Shown one piece after another: positions 1-8,000 of a stretch of DNA of 64,000 nucleotides; within the stretch, counting starts at the first letter, position 1; every line of letters starts with the position of its first letter. The notes beneath the pieces are model-generated. The model was not told the DNA's origin. It saw only the letters and a list, made by a program, of their open reading frames with translations, and ran no database searches. The DNA is from a virus (lineage: Duplodnaviria > Caudoviricetes), in the IMG/VR virus record IMGVR_UViG_3300014204_000110, one strand, 5' to 3'. The position numbers were made by a program, and so were the translations under genes.

Positions 1-177
1 ATTTGAAGTTAATCCAGAGATGTTATCTTCTCCATTAAGCGGATTAAGAAAACATACATCTCCATAATTTTTACCACTATTTTTCCAATTACTATAATGA
101 TCAATTATTTGAGATCTCCATGCACGACAAAGATCTATTTCTTTTTCCGAGATAATTCCAGCAAGATAAATTTTCAT
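1..177 (-). CDS. nucleoside 2-deoxyribosyltransferase-like (NDT/Rcl) protein, runs off window edge
   Basis: Manual translation from ATG at 177: MKIYLAGIISEKEIDLCRAWRSQII...CFLNP; KIYLAG..WR..LNP pattern of NDT-like proteins. Confidence 0.55.
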   Translation of the reverse strand, partial: MKIYLAGIISEKEIDLCRAWRSQIIDHYSNWKNSGKNYGDVCFLNPLNGEDNISGLTSN

Positions 178-419
178 AAGTTAGTTTCTATATGTTCATG
201 ACATTGTTTACTTGCATTAAGTAATGACCATTTTAGAAGGTATTCTACAGTTATTTTACTTAGATCTAAGTTACCATCTTCTTTTTTTGCAATGTCTATT
301 GGTGTTTTACTAGATCTAGAAGCATTTTGTAAATCTTCTATAAGTTCAACTAGATTATCAAACATACGCTTATGAAGATCTAGATGACTCTCTTTCCAAA
401 GACCTTGTATAATTGACAT
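174..419 (-). CDS. hypothetical protein
   Basis: 81 aa ORF coupled to neighbours. Confidence 0.6.
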   Translation of the reverse strand: MSIIQGLWKESHLDLHKRMFDNLVELIEDLQNASRSSKTPIDIAKKEDGNLDLSKITVEYLLKWSLLNASKQCHEHIETNL

Positions 420-685
420 TATAACTCCAAATCTTTGTAACTAATTATTTTAACATCTCTTGCTTTAGCAACATTTATTTTAGTCATTCCAGGATCATTT
501 CCAACTATAAGATAATCTGTATAACTTCTAACTGTAGAATTATTTTTTACATAATATGTTTTATTTAAATATATTTCAAATTCTATTCTTGTATATCCTG
601 GAATAGTTCCTGTTACACAAATATTTTTATATTTAAGATCTATTTTTTGTTTTGGTTCTTGATCTCTACGTAAGTTTATACCCAT
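419..685 (-). CDS. stand-alone BRCT domain protein (NAD-ligase C-terminal type)
   Basis: ICVTGTIPGYTR...TDYLIVGNDPGMTKINVAKARDVKIIS matches LigA BRCT; N-terminus MGINLRRD. Confidence 0.8.
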   Translation of the reverse strand: MGINLRRDQEPKQKIDLKYKNICVTGTIPGYTRIEFEIYLNKTYYVKNNSTVRSYTDYLIVGNDPGMTKINVAKARDVKIISYKDLEL

Positions 686-1095
686 TAATTACCACAGCAT
701 GATTTAGGTTGTTTAAGTAATTCTTCAGTTTTAGTTTTATTAGTTTTAAAATTAACTATTAACTTATTTTTAAGTTCTTTAGCTATCTGACAATATTCAA
801 GTTCAAGTCTTAGTAAATTTTTATTTTCTTCAGAAAAGTCTATTGGACAAGATATATTTAATATATAATCTTGATCTTTAAGTAAAACTATTTCTTCAAA
901 TATATTTACGTTTATATTGTTAATTCTACAGAATGAAATTATATGACCGCCGACACATAGACCGAGTGATGATAATAATAACTCTAGAGGTGTATGAAAA
1001 TATAAATTACTTGATGTCTTTCCTCGTATAGGAACTTTTCCTACTGAAGTAATATTAATAATGTTATTTTTATCTCTCAGATTAACTGTTATCAT
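685..1095 (-). CDS. OsmC/Ohr-like protein
   Basis: TPLELLLSSLGLC ... YCQIAKEL two-Cys OsmC pattern; N-terminus MITVNLRD. Confidence 0.65.
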   Translation of the reverse strand: MITVNLRDKNNIINITSVGKVPIRGKTSSNLYFHTPLELLLSSLGLCVGGHIISFCRINNINVNIFEEIVLLKDQDYILNISCPIDFSEENKNLLRLELEYCQIAKELKNKLIVNFKTNKTKTEELLKQPKSCCGN

Positions 1096-1121
1096 TGTTC
1101 TATTTGTCCACTGCCATTTAA

Positions 1122-1343
1122 TTATAAATTATGACTTTTATCGATACTTGGATATAATTCTAACTTTCCGTAATAATTAATACTTAATATATTTCCAGCA
1201 TTATATTCATAAGTTCCATCTTTATTAACTATTGATAAAACTACACGATTATTATCTCTAAATAGTCTTAAGTATATTGGTGGTTTATTTTCTAATTGTA
1301 ATTCAACTATTTCTTTTTCATCATAAGCTCGTAGATTAAGCAT
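1122..1343 (-). CDS. hypothetical protein (MLNLR N-terminus)
   Basis: 73 aa ORF. Confidence 0.55.
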   Translation of the reverse strand: MLNLRAYDEKEIVELQLENKPPIYLRLFRDNNRVVLSIVNKDGTYEYNAGNILSINYYGKLELYPSIDKSHNL

Positions 1344-1346
1344 ATT

Positions 1347-2321
1347 TTATCCTATTTCTTTAATATCATTTATAGTTGGACCATAACCAAACCATGATAT
1401 TTTTGAGATGTTATTTAATCTAGAATAAAATTCATTACAATTATCTTTATTAAGATAATTAATAAAATTCATAAATACATTAGTTACACCATTCATTAAA
1501 CAAGATTCTTTATATTGTTCAATAGAAAAAGAAAATAATCTTCTTACTTTTTTACTAATAGTTGTTAATTCTGGTACTTGCTTAATATCATTCCAGGTTA
1601 TTTCATGTTGGTCTTGATAATATGGTCCTGAATAACCAATCATATTACCTATATTATCAAAATGATTAGCAACTCTAATTGGATAAGTACGCATACAAGC
1701 TATAATTTTATCGACCCATTGAATAGGAATTCCTGCATCAGCTAATCCTTGTTGTGGACTTGTATTACGGCTAGTACAATAAGGATAAAATCCATGATTT
1801 AGTGATAATGAATGTCCTTGTGGTATTGCTAATTGAATATGTTTACATGATTTTAACAATTCAAACCAATTTCTTGCACTAATTGTAAATTCTGGTAATA
1901 TTTTATTAGCAGTATTTATATTTTTAGGATCTCTATTTATTTTTTGAATAATAGAAGTACTAGTACCTCTCATAGTAGATCCTATTTGTATTAAATTCTT
2001 TTCTTTTTCTATATTATTTTCAGTTATTATTGTTGCATTTTCATGAATTAGAATTTTTGCATCTTTAGGAAGAAGTGCTTGCTCTTTCCAAAAATCAGTT
2101 ATATTAATGATTGATCCTGGTGATAATAAATGTAAACATGGTGCATTAGTAGCAAATGTTGTCCATTTATTACCATTTGAATCAAAACCTCCAGAATTTG
2201 GACCAAAATTACTTACAATTGTATCTGGATTATATTTATGAAAATAATATTCATTAAAAAGTCGTTTACCTTCACTACCATATTGTCCACCAAAAATTAT
2301 ATCTACCTTTGGATTATTCAT
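1347..2321 (-). CDS. purZ: PurZ-type adenylosuccinate synthetase homolog (divergent)
   Basis: GGQYGSEGK (Ser for the PurA Asp), ILIHENA, IGST, YPYCTSR, YPIRVAN, SGP.Y.DQ.EI, ELTT..K..RR.F.FS, NFINY are features of phage PurZ rather than PurA. Confidence 0.75.
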   Translation of the reverse strand: MNNPKVDIIFGGQYGSEGKRLFNEYYFHKYNPDTIVSNFGPNSGGFDSNGNKWTTFATNAPCLHLLSPGSIINITDFWKEQALLPKDAKILIHENATIITENNIEKEKNLIQIGSTMRGTSTSIIQKINRDPKNINTANKILPEFTISARNWFELLKSCKHIQLAIPQGHSLSLNHGFYPYCTSRNTSPQQGLADAGIPIQWVDKIIACMRTYPIRVANHFDNIGNMIGYSGPYYQDQHEITWNDIKQVPELTTISKKVRRLFSFSIEQYKESCLMNGVTNVFMNFINYLNKDNCNEFYSRLNNISKISWFGYGPTINDIKEIG

Positions 2322-2322
2322 A

Positions 2323-3816
2323 TTATCCTATATCATAATTTTCAATAGTTTTAACTAAATTATTTTCACCTTGTTCTACAACTGAAATATAATCAAGTAC
2401 TTTATCACTCCATCCAGCTATAAGATTGACGTTATTACCAATTACTTTTATACTTCCATGCCCAGCTAGATCTATTGAATGAATCCACATGTTTTTATTT
2501 TTAGTTTTGAGCTGAGATGCATATCTTTGAGTATCTGAAGTTCTATAATCATAAGAGCTATCATTATAACATTGCATATCTGAAAATATAATAACTCTAT
2601 CAATAGGTTCATTTAAACTGTTAAGTACTTTAAACGCTTCATGAAGATTAGTACTATGACCTACTCCAGAATGCTCTAGTTTAGAAATATTATCAAATAT
2701 ACTTGCTTTTGTTGAAAGATGTATAATTTTAGCAGTTTCTCCAAATGGAACAGCTATAGAGTTATCACAAAATTTAACTGCTGCTGATGCTAAAAGATTA
2801 CCAATTTGTCTCATTTGAACAATACTATCTTTTGAAATAGTACTATCCATACTACCACTTTCATCAGTTATAATAGCAGTAGTTCCAGATAATTTAGGAA
2901 GATTTTCAAATGAAATCAATAGTGCATCTTCAATAGTATCTAGAACTTTTGTACATCTAGTTTTACCAAGAGTTTCAACCATTTTATAAGCAGAGAAAAA
3001 TCTAAATGGAAGTTGTTTAGATTTACGTACTTCTTCTGGATTCTTAAGTATGTTGCATACTTTATCTAGATGAATGTCTGAAATATTATTTTCAAGCATA
3101 TTTTTAAGATTACGTAAAAGCATCATATATCCAGCTTTACTATCTATAATCTCTTCCCATACTTTTTTACTTTGACCTTTTTCTGAAAGTATTGTTTCTC
3201 TTGTTTTAGGAGTTTTAAGACGATCTTCTATAAGACGTTTCCAAAGATCAGCTTGTTCCTGATCTTTAGGTTTTGGTCGACATAAAAGTAATGCGTCTTT
3301 AAGCTTTACAGTGCTTTTAGAGCCTTTGTATCGTGAGAGGCTATATTCATCAAACTTTGGAAATACATCTGCTATACCTCTTCGTAAGCTTCTAGGAATA
3401 GGATTAACTTGTCTTTTACCTAAAGATAGATGATAAGCTAAGATATTAGTAATATCATCAACTCGTTCAATGATTTTACTGATCATTTTACGAACAATTC
3501 TATTACCTTTAGCACCTTTTGCTACTTCTGCGGCAAGTACATGAGATACACTACGCATATGAAATTCATTACGTGCGTAACAAGCAAGTCGTGCTACAAA
3601 TTCAGGATCTTCAGATATAACTCTACGTGCTACTGAAATAAGTTCTGAAGTATTATCTCCATAAAATTTAGGTTCATTAATGAAACTGGTGAGTACTTCT
3701 GTTACGAGTTTTTCTTTATCTTTAAGATCATAAGCGAGTCCACCAGCTTTATTTATTGTTTTTCTAGTAGTAATTGTTGATCTACCAGTACTAACTGCTT
3801 TTGTATTTGCTTTCAT
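2323..3816 (-). CDS. rsr: Ro60/Rsr TROVE-domain RNA-binding protein with C-terminal vWA
   Basis: TINKAGGLAY, EPKFY, YARNEFHMRS, FDEYSLSRY, LLRNLKNM, SKQLPFRFFSAY, DESGSM (MIDAS), IIFSDMQ, IAGWSDKV. Confidence 0.92.
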   Translation of the reverse strand: MKANTKAVSTGRSTITTRKTINKAGGLAYDLKDKEKLVTEVLTSFINEPKFYGDNTSELISVARRVISEDPEFVARLACYARNEFHMRSVSHVLAAEVAKGAKGNRIVRKMISKIIERVDDITNILAYHLSLGKRQVNPIPRSLRRGIADVFPKFDEYSLSRYKGSKSTVKLKDALLLCRPKPKDQEQADLWKRLIEDRLKTPKTRETILSEKGQSKKVWEEIIDSKAGYMMLLRNLKNMLENNISDIHLDKVCNILKNPEEVRKSKQLPFRFFSAYKMVETLGKTRCTKVLDTIEDALLISFENLPKLSGTTAIITDESGSMDSTISKDSIVQMRQIGNLLASAAVKFCDNSIAVPFGETAKIIHLSTKASIFDNISKLEHSGVGHSTNLHEAFKVLNSLNEPIDRVIIFSDMQCYNDSSYDYRTSDTQRYASQLKTKNKNMWIHSIDLAGHGSIKVIGNNVNLIAGWSDKVLDYISVVEQGENNLVKTIENYDIG

Positions 3817-3873
3817 GACACCCTCCGTAAGAGATTATATTTTTAATAAAGGTTAATATATAACCAATATAGG

Positions 3874-4104
3874 TTAATTTATAAACATTAAAATTATCCA
3901 AGTAAATATTGCTAAAGGAATTGATAATTGTCCTATTGCTGGACAGAAACCTATAAGCGAACCTTGCCACCAAACTATAGCATCTGGTTTTCCCATAAAA
4001 TTTAACCAACTATTAATCGTATAAGGCCAACATATTGCTCCAATAATAGCACTTATAAGTAATATAAAAATAAATCCACCACAACTGGTTTTAACTGAAG
4101 CCAT
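3874..4104 (-). CDS. small membrane protein
   Basis: Two or three hydrophobic segments; probable start MASVK after AAGGAG (the longer ORF call overlaps an ncRNA). Confidence 0.6.
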   Translation of the reverse strand: MASVKTSCGGFIFILLISAIIGAICWPYTINSWLNFMGKPDAIVWWQGSLIGFCPAIGQLSIPLAIFTWIILMFIN

Positions 4105-4133
4105 AAAATTCTCCTTTAAGTTAAAATAAAAAA

Positions 4134-4196
4134 TAGCGGAAAAATCGATAAATGTATTTTTTTCACACAAGAAGTAACATTTATCAGCATCCGCTA
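4134..4196 (-). ncRNA. Y-RNA-like module A (minimal, no tRNA-like domain)
   Basis: UAGCGGA/UCCGCUA outer stem, UGCU/GAUUUU internal loop, GAUAAAUGU/ACAUUUAUC inner stem, UACUUC. Confidence 0.65.
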
Positions 4197-4202
4197 AAGT
4201 TA

Positions 4203-4310
4203 TACAATAGTAATAAGAATCGAACTTACCTTTACGATACGTCTATCGATTAGTCTTCCAATAGGACTAGTCCTCGTGAGACCATGTTCCCCAGATCATC
4301 ATACTATTGT
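4203..4310 (-). ncRNA. atypical tRNA-like RNA with extra hairpins
   Basis: 9-bp acceptor ACAAUAGUA/UACUAUUGU, T-arm GUAAG-UUCGAUU-CUUAU, D-like hairpin, no canonical anticodon arm. Confidence 0.5.
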
Positions 4311-4316
4311 TTGTTA

Positions 4317-4436
4317 TAATAATATAGCGTGTTATTACACCAAAAAACTACCATTCAGATTAGCTTTATTTCAGCCACTCGCTTTTCATTTACTCATTAA
4401 AGATGCTCTACTATTAAGGCTACTACTATATTATTA
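4317..4436 (-). ncRNA. 23S rRNA H43/H44 (GTPase centre)-like RNA, copy 1
   Basis: Closing stem UAAUAAUAUAG/CUAUAUUAUUA; AGUAGCCUUAAUAGUAGAGCAUCUUUAAUGAGU ... UUUGGUGUAAUAACAC; paralog at 35212-35440. Confidence 0.55.
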
Positions 4437-4447
4437 AAGTTAAAAAA

Positions 4448-4574
4448 TAAACGGTAAAAGCATTTTTAGTATTTTACGTGCTCTAACCAACTGAGCTATC
4501 TATTAGAATCTAATAGAAAAGGACTCGAACCTTTGACATCGTCATATGAAGTAACTAAAAATAACAACCGTTTA
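4448..4574 (-). ncRNA. YrlA-type Y RNA module B (permuted tRNA mimic)
   Basis: Ro-type stem + UACUUC, then T-arm AAAGG-UUCGAGU-CCUUU, loop-closed acceptor UCUAUUAG/CUAAUAGA, D-arm UAGCUCAGUUGGUUAGAGC. Confidence 0.85.
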
Positions 4575-4583
4575 ATATATAAA

Positions 4584-4677
4584 AATGAGAAAATCTATTA
4601 AAGTTATGGCCCATGCCGTATAAGAAAAATCTTATACTTAGAATCGAACTAAGAAGTAGCTCTAATATACACTCATT
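4584..4677 (-). ncRNA. YrlA-type module C (reduced D-arm)
   Basis: Same stem/UACUUC; T-arm CUUAG-UUCGAUU-CUAAG, closed acceptor UAUAAGA/UCUUAUA, mini D-hairpin GGCAUGGGCC. Confidence 0.7.
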
Positions 4678-4690
4678 ATAATTTACAAAA

Positions 4691-4771
4691 AGTGGGAAAA
4701 TTTAAAAGTCTTGGTAAGTTTCCTTACCTTCTGATATGTATAGTAGAAGTAAGACTTTTTAAACACCCACT
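4691..4771 (-). ncRNA. Y-RNA-like module D
   Basis: AGUGGG/CCCACU, AAAAGUCU/AGACUUUU, UACUUC; payload hairpin GGUAAG-GAAA-CUUACC. Confidence 0.65.
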
Positions 4772-4780
4772 AAATTAAAT

Positions 4781-4914
4781 AAGATCGACAAAAATTATAG
4801 CAGTCTTTTTATACGGTCGCCTTACCACTTGGCTATAGATAACAAGTTATCTAGTAAGATTCGAACTTACGGTAACTGTTCCAATGGAAGTATCTGCTAA
4901 AAACATCCGACCTT
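4781..4914 (-). ncRNA. YrlA-type Y RNA module E (permuted tRNA mimic)
   Basis: AAGGUCGG/UCGAUCUU, UAGCAG/CUGCUA, UACUUC; T-arm GUAAG-UUCGAAU-CUUAC; closed acceptor UAGAUAAC/GUUAUCUA; D-arm UAGCCAAGUGGUAAGGC. Confidence 0.85.
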
Positions 4915-4918
4915 AAAG

Positions 4919-5323
4919 TTACTGTTTTGATTTGAAATGCAATTCTCTATGACAATTTGCACATAAAATTATACATTTATCTATTTCTTCTAATATTTTT
5001 GTCTTTGAACATCTTCCCATCATTGATACTTCAAAATCTTTATTAGCTGGATCTACATGATGAAAATCTAACACATACCATCTATCATCTCTGCAGTTTT
5101 TACAAGATAAAGTTTTCTTTAAGTCAATATACCACTCTCGTATTCCATTTTCGTATGTCTTTCTTGTATTTTTTTCTTCTATTTTATGATCTTGATAATA
5201 TTTTAGTCTTCTTTTAGTTGAACAGTCAATACAGTACGGTTGTAGTACTGTTTTGGTTTTTAATTTTCTTTTCCAAAATTTATCATCATCTAAATGTCTA
5301 TTACATTTTTTGCAATATTTCAT
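4919..5323 (-). CDS. HNH endonuclease
   Basis: CKKC/CIDC N-terminus, CKNC..LDFHHVDP..K..CIILCANCHRELH. Confidence 0.85.
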   Translation of the reverse strand: MKYCKKCNRHLDDDKFWKRKLKTKTVLQPYCIDCSTKRRLKYYQDHKIEEKNTRKTYENGIREWYIDLKKTLSCKNCRDDRWYVLDFHHVDPANKDFEVSMMGRCSKTKILEEIDKCIILCANCHRELHFKSKQ

Positions 5324-5391
5324 AGTGACCTCCTATATTTAGTATAGGCTGTCATTTATATTTTTGATTGACAATCAAGTGCATTAACCAA

Positions 5392-5667
5392 CTATGCTAA
5401 TATATCATTAAAGTATCCGTTTTCAAAATCATTCAATAAATGTACACCATTAGTAAAATTATATTTAAAATCTGTAGATTTTACATATTCAAGAAAAAGT
5501 GGTTGTTCAGTAACAGAAAAACCATCATAACTACCATTTTTAAATATAACGCTTATTGCAGTACCAAGTCCATCAAAGTCTGGATATTCGTCATAAACGT
5601 ATCCTAGAGTATTTATTGGATTTGCTAGACAAAGTACTTTAAGTTTTACTATATCTCCAATTTTCAT
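5392..5667 (-). CDS. hypothetical protein
   Basis: 91 aa ORF. Confidence 0.6.
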   Translation of the reverse strand: MKIGDIVKLKVLCLANPINTLGYVYDEYPDFDGLGTAISVIFKNGSYDGFSVTEQPLFLEYVKSTDFKYNFTNGVHLLNDFENGYFNDILA

Positions 5668-5689
5668 AAAAATCCTTAAATAAATTATA

Positions 5690-5812
5690 ATATAATGAAA
5701 AAAGCTAGAACAGAGATTGTCGGCTATACGACTTTAAGTATTACTTAAAGCTCTGAATTTCACGTTTATACAAATTATAAAAGAAGTAACTGTTCTAAAA
5801 CATCCATTATAT
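5690..5812 (-). ncRNA. Y-RNA-like module F
   Basis: AUAUAAUG/CAUUAUAU, UAGAACAG/CUGUUCUA, UACUUC; payload with CUUUAAGUA/UACUUAAAG and GUCG/CGAC hairpins. Confidence 0.65.
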
Positions 5813-5836
5813 CATAAAAATTAAAAATAAATTAAG

Positions 5837-6196
5837 CTATGTAATATTTATCTTTTCCCATAAAAATGGTATATAAGTTGCTCTTATTCCAACATTACCT
5901 AGAACATTAAGCATTGCTGCTGCTCCAATATTATTAGCAGTATGAATAAATATCTTGTCTGGAGCATGTTCTGGATTATTTGCTATCCAATTAGCAACTT
6001 CATATCCAGTACCTTCACCAGGTACATCAAAAGTATCACCAAGATCATGATCTAACATGAGATAATCATACTTATTATTTTTAAGAAGATCTATTGCTTC
6101 TTTAGGTATGTCTGTAAAAGTTACATTACAATCAATAAGACGCTTTTTAAATTGAAATATACGTTCAGCATTATCTTCAAGTATTAGTATTTTCAT
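5837..6196 (-). CDS. cyclic-phosphate-processing receiver-like domain protein
   Basis: ILILEDN.ER, LDHDLG, GTGYEVANWI, IHTAN..G...M pattern of the RNA-repair-associated REC family. Confidence 0.75.
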   Translation of the reverse strand: MKILILEDNAERIFQFKKRLIDCNVTFTDIPKEAIDLLKNNKYDYLMLDHDLGDTFDVPGEGTGYEVANWIANNPEHAPDKIFIHTANNIGAAAMLNVLGNVGIRATYIPFLWEKINIT

Positions 6197-6633
6197 TTTA
6201 ATCTTTCATTTATAAGTTGACTTATTCTTTTACTATCAAACAAACCTTTAGTCTGAGACATAACTTGCTTTATTACTAAACCCATTTCTTTTTTAGAAGT
6301 AGCATTTAAAGTTTTAATACTTTCGTTTATAATATCAGTTACTTCTTGTTCAGACATTTGTTTTGGTTGATATCTTTTGAGTATATCTATTTCATTTTGT
6401 TCTTTGGTTACTAGATCTTGTCTGTTGCCTTTAATGAACATTTCAATTGATTCTTCATGTTGTTTAATACTTTTGTTTACGATACTTATAACAAGATCAT
6501 CTGTTATTTCTAAACGTTTATTAAGTTTTTGAAGTTGTATGTCTGAGTCTAGAGTTCTTAGAACAGTAGTTTCACCGTTTTTAGTTTTCATACTTGTAAT
6601 TATATCAAATTTAATTTGTTCATAAATAGACAT
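6193..6633 (-). CDS. GatB/YqeY domain protein
   Basis: MK..LR..I..ESIEMF..GNRQDLV..E..EIDILKRYQPKQMSE..KEMG.V; true start MSIYEQ at 6633 (upstream extension is the tRNA). Confidence 0.88.
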   Translation of the reverse strand: MSIYEQIKFDIITSMKTKNGETTVLRTLDSDIQLQKLNKRLEITDDLVISIVNKSIKQHEESIEMFIKGNRQDLVTKEQNEIDILKRYQPKQMSEQEVTDIINESIKTLNATSKKEMGLVIKQVMSQTKGLFDSKRISQLINERLK

Positions 6634-6649
6634 AAATGTTCCTTTAAAG

Positions 6650-6723
6650 TGCAGTAAGTAAGATTTGAACTTACGATATTCTGTTTGGAAGACAGACTCC
6701 TTAACCAACTGGGATATTACTGC
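6650..6723 (-). tRNA. tRNA-Gly(UCC)
   Basis: GCAGUAA/UUACUGC acceptor, anticodon arm UCUGU-CUUCCAA-ACAGA, T-loop UUCAAAU. Confidence 0.9.
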
Positions 6724-7025
6724 ATAAAAGTTATAGGTGATTGAAATTCTTTGTTTTCTTTTTTTTCAGGAAGAACTTTAGCTAAAATGAGTTCTCGTTC
6801 AATGACTTCTATAAATATACGATTCCAAGCGCTATCAATAGATAATAAAATAAGTTCATTATTAGCTATAAATATTAATTTTTTATGATAACCTTTTTTT
6901 GTTTTTTCATTATAAATTTCAGTTATATTATTTTTATTTAAAAATTCTGTTAATTCATTATAGTTTATGCTTTTATAATTTTGTTTAAAATCATTATCAA
7001 CTGATAATATACATAATTTTTTCAT
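6717..7025 (-). CDS. hypothetical protein
   Basis: 102 aa ORF. Confidence 0.5.
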   Translation of the reverse strand: MKKLCILSVDNDFKQNYKSINYNELTEFLNKNNITEIYNEKTKKGYHKKLIFIANNELILLSIDSAWNRIFIEVIERELILAKVLPEKKENKEFQSPITFMQ

Positions 7026-7162
7026 ATTTATTCAATCAATTCTTCAAAGAGATCATTAAGATTTTGTTCTTCATTAAAACTTTCAGCACAAGCAGTACAT
7101 AAATCTTCACTATCACATTCATCTGGTTCAATAACGTCACCACAGCAACTACAATACATATA

Positions 7163-7756
7163 TTACTCCTCTAGATCTAATTTCATTTGATCTTTTAAGA
7201 TCTTATTTTGTTTAATATCATAAAGTTCTCTATCTTCATATCGATGTTTTGCTCTCCAACCCATAATTTTAGTACCAATGTCCCAAAGTGCATTGCGTTT
7301 TATATGATGATAAAGTTCTGTTTTACAATAACTATATATTTCTACATAATTCTTTTTTATTATAGGCTTTATATATTGTCTAAGACTTGGAAGTAATCTT
7401 ACTCCAAATATTATATCCGTATCATAATAAAATGATTTATTTGGTTCTTTATAAATTGTAGATTTATGGTCAAAACATGATTTTTGTGAGATACTTAATT
7501 TATCAAATATTTGTTTAGATATTATAAGTTCGGGTTCTTTATAGTCATCTAGAGTTTGTATATAAGTTTCTTTAAAAAGTGGTACAATTTCACAAAGTTC
7601 TTTTCCTAAAGGGTGTTTTTTACCAGTTCGACTGACTGTATATTTAACTACATAACCTTTTTGATTATAAAAATCCTTTTCTCTGTTTTCAGTAGAACTA
7701 TCTTTGAGTATTTTTCTTATCTTTTTATGTTTATAATATTTTTTACTTTTAAACAT
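7163..7756 (-). CDS. hypothetical basic protein
   Basis: 197 aa ORF with GGAG RBS. Confidence 0.65.
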   Translation of the reverse strand: MFKSKKYYKHKKIRKILKDSSTENREKDFYNQKGYVVKYTVSRTGKKHPLGKELCEIVPLFKETYIQTLDDYKEPELIISKQIFDKLSISQKSCFDHKSTIYKEPNKSFYYDTDIIFGVRLLPSLRQYIKPIIKKNYVEIYSYCKTELYHHIKRNALWDIGTKIMGWRAKHRYEDRELYDIKQNKILKDQMKLDLEE

Positions 7757-7773
7757 TATATCTCCAAATAAAC

Positions 7774-7998
7774 TAAATGTAGTTCTTTTATATGTTCAAT
7801 TTCTTTCCAGAGCTGGATAAATGACATTGTAACATTGTTGTCTAACACTTCTATTAATAGCTAATTAATAGTCATTCCAGATGCGCCTTTAACAATATTA
7901 TAAGTTCTACTAAAATCGCGTTATGGGTTTAGGCAGTGTCCCATTAGTATACTATTATAATATTATAACCTAAGTTATATATAAAAGAACTACATTTA
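7774..7998 (-). ncRNA. structured element bounded by a perfect 20-bp inverted repeat
   Basis: taaatgtagttcttttatat (7774-7793) / atataaaagaactacattta (7979-7998); internal hairpins; no ORF. Confidence 0.55.
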
Positions 7999-8000
7999 AG

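Noticed and set aside
1347-2321. Canonical purA
   Set aside because: Lacks the GDEGKG Asp and the PurA GTP-specificity box, and carries PurZ-type motifs.
4134-4914. CRISPR array or ordinary tRNA cluster
   Set aside because: Repeats are structural rather than identical direct repeats; T-arms precede D-arms and there are no anticodon arms, which fits YrlA-type RNAs.
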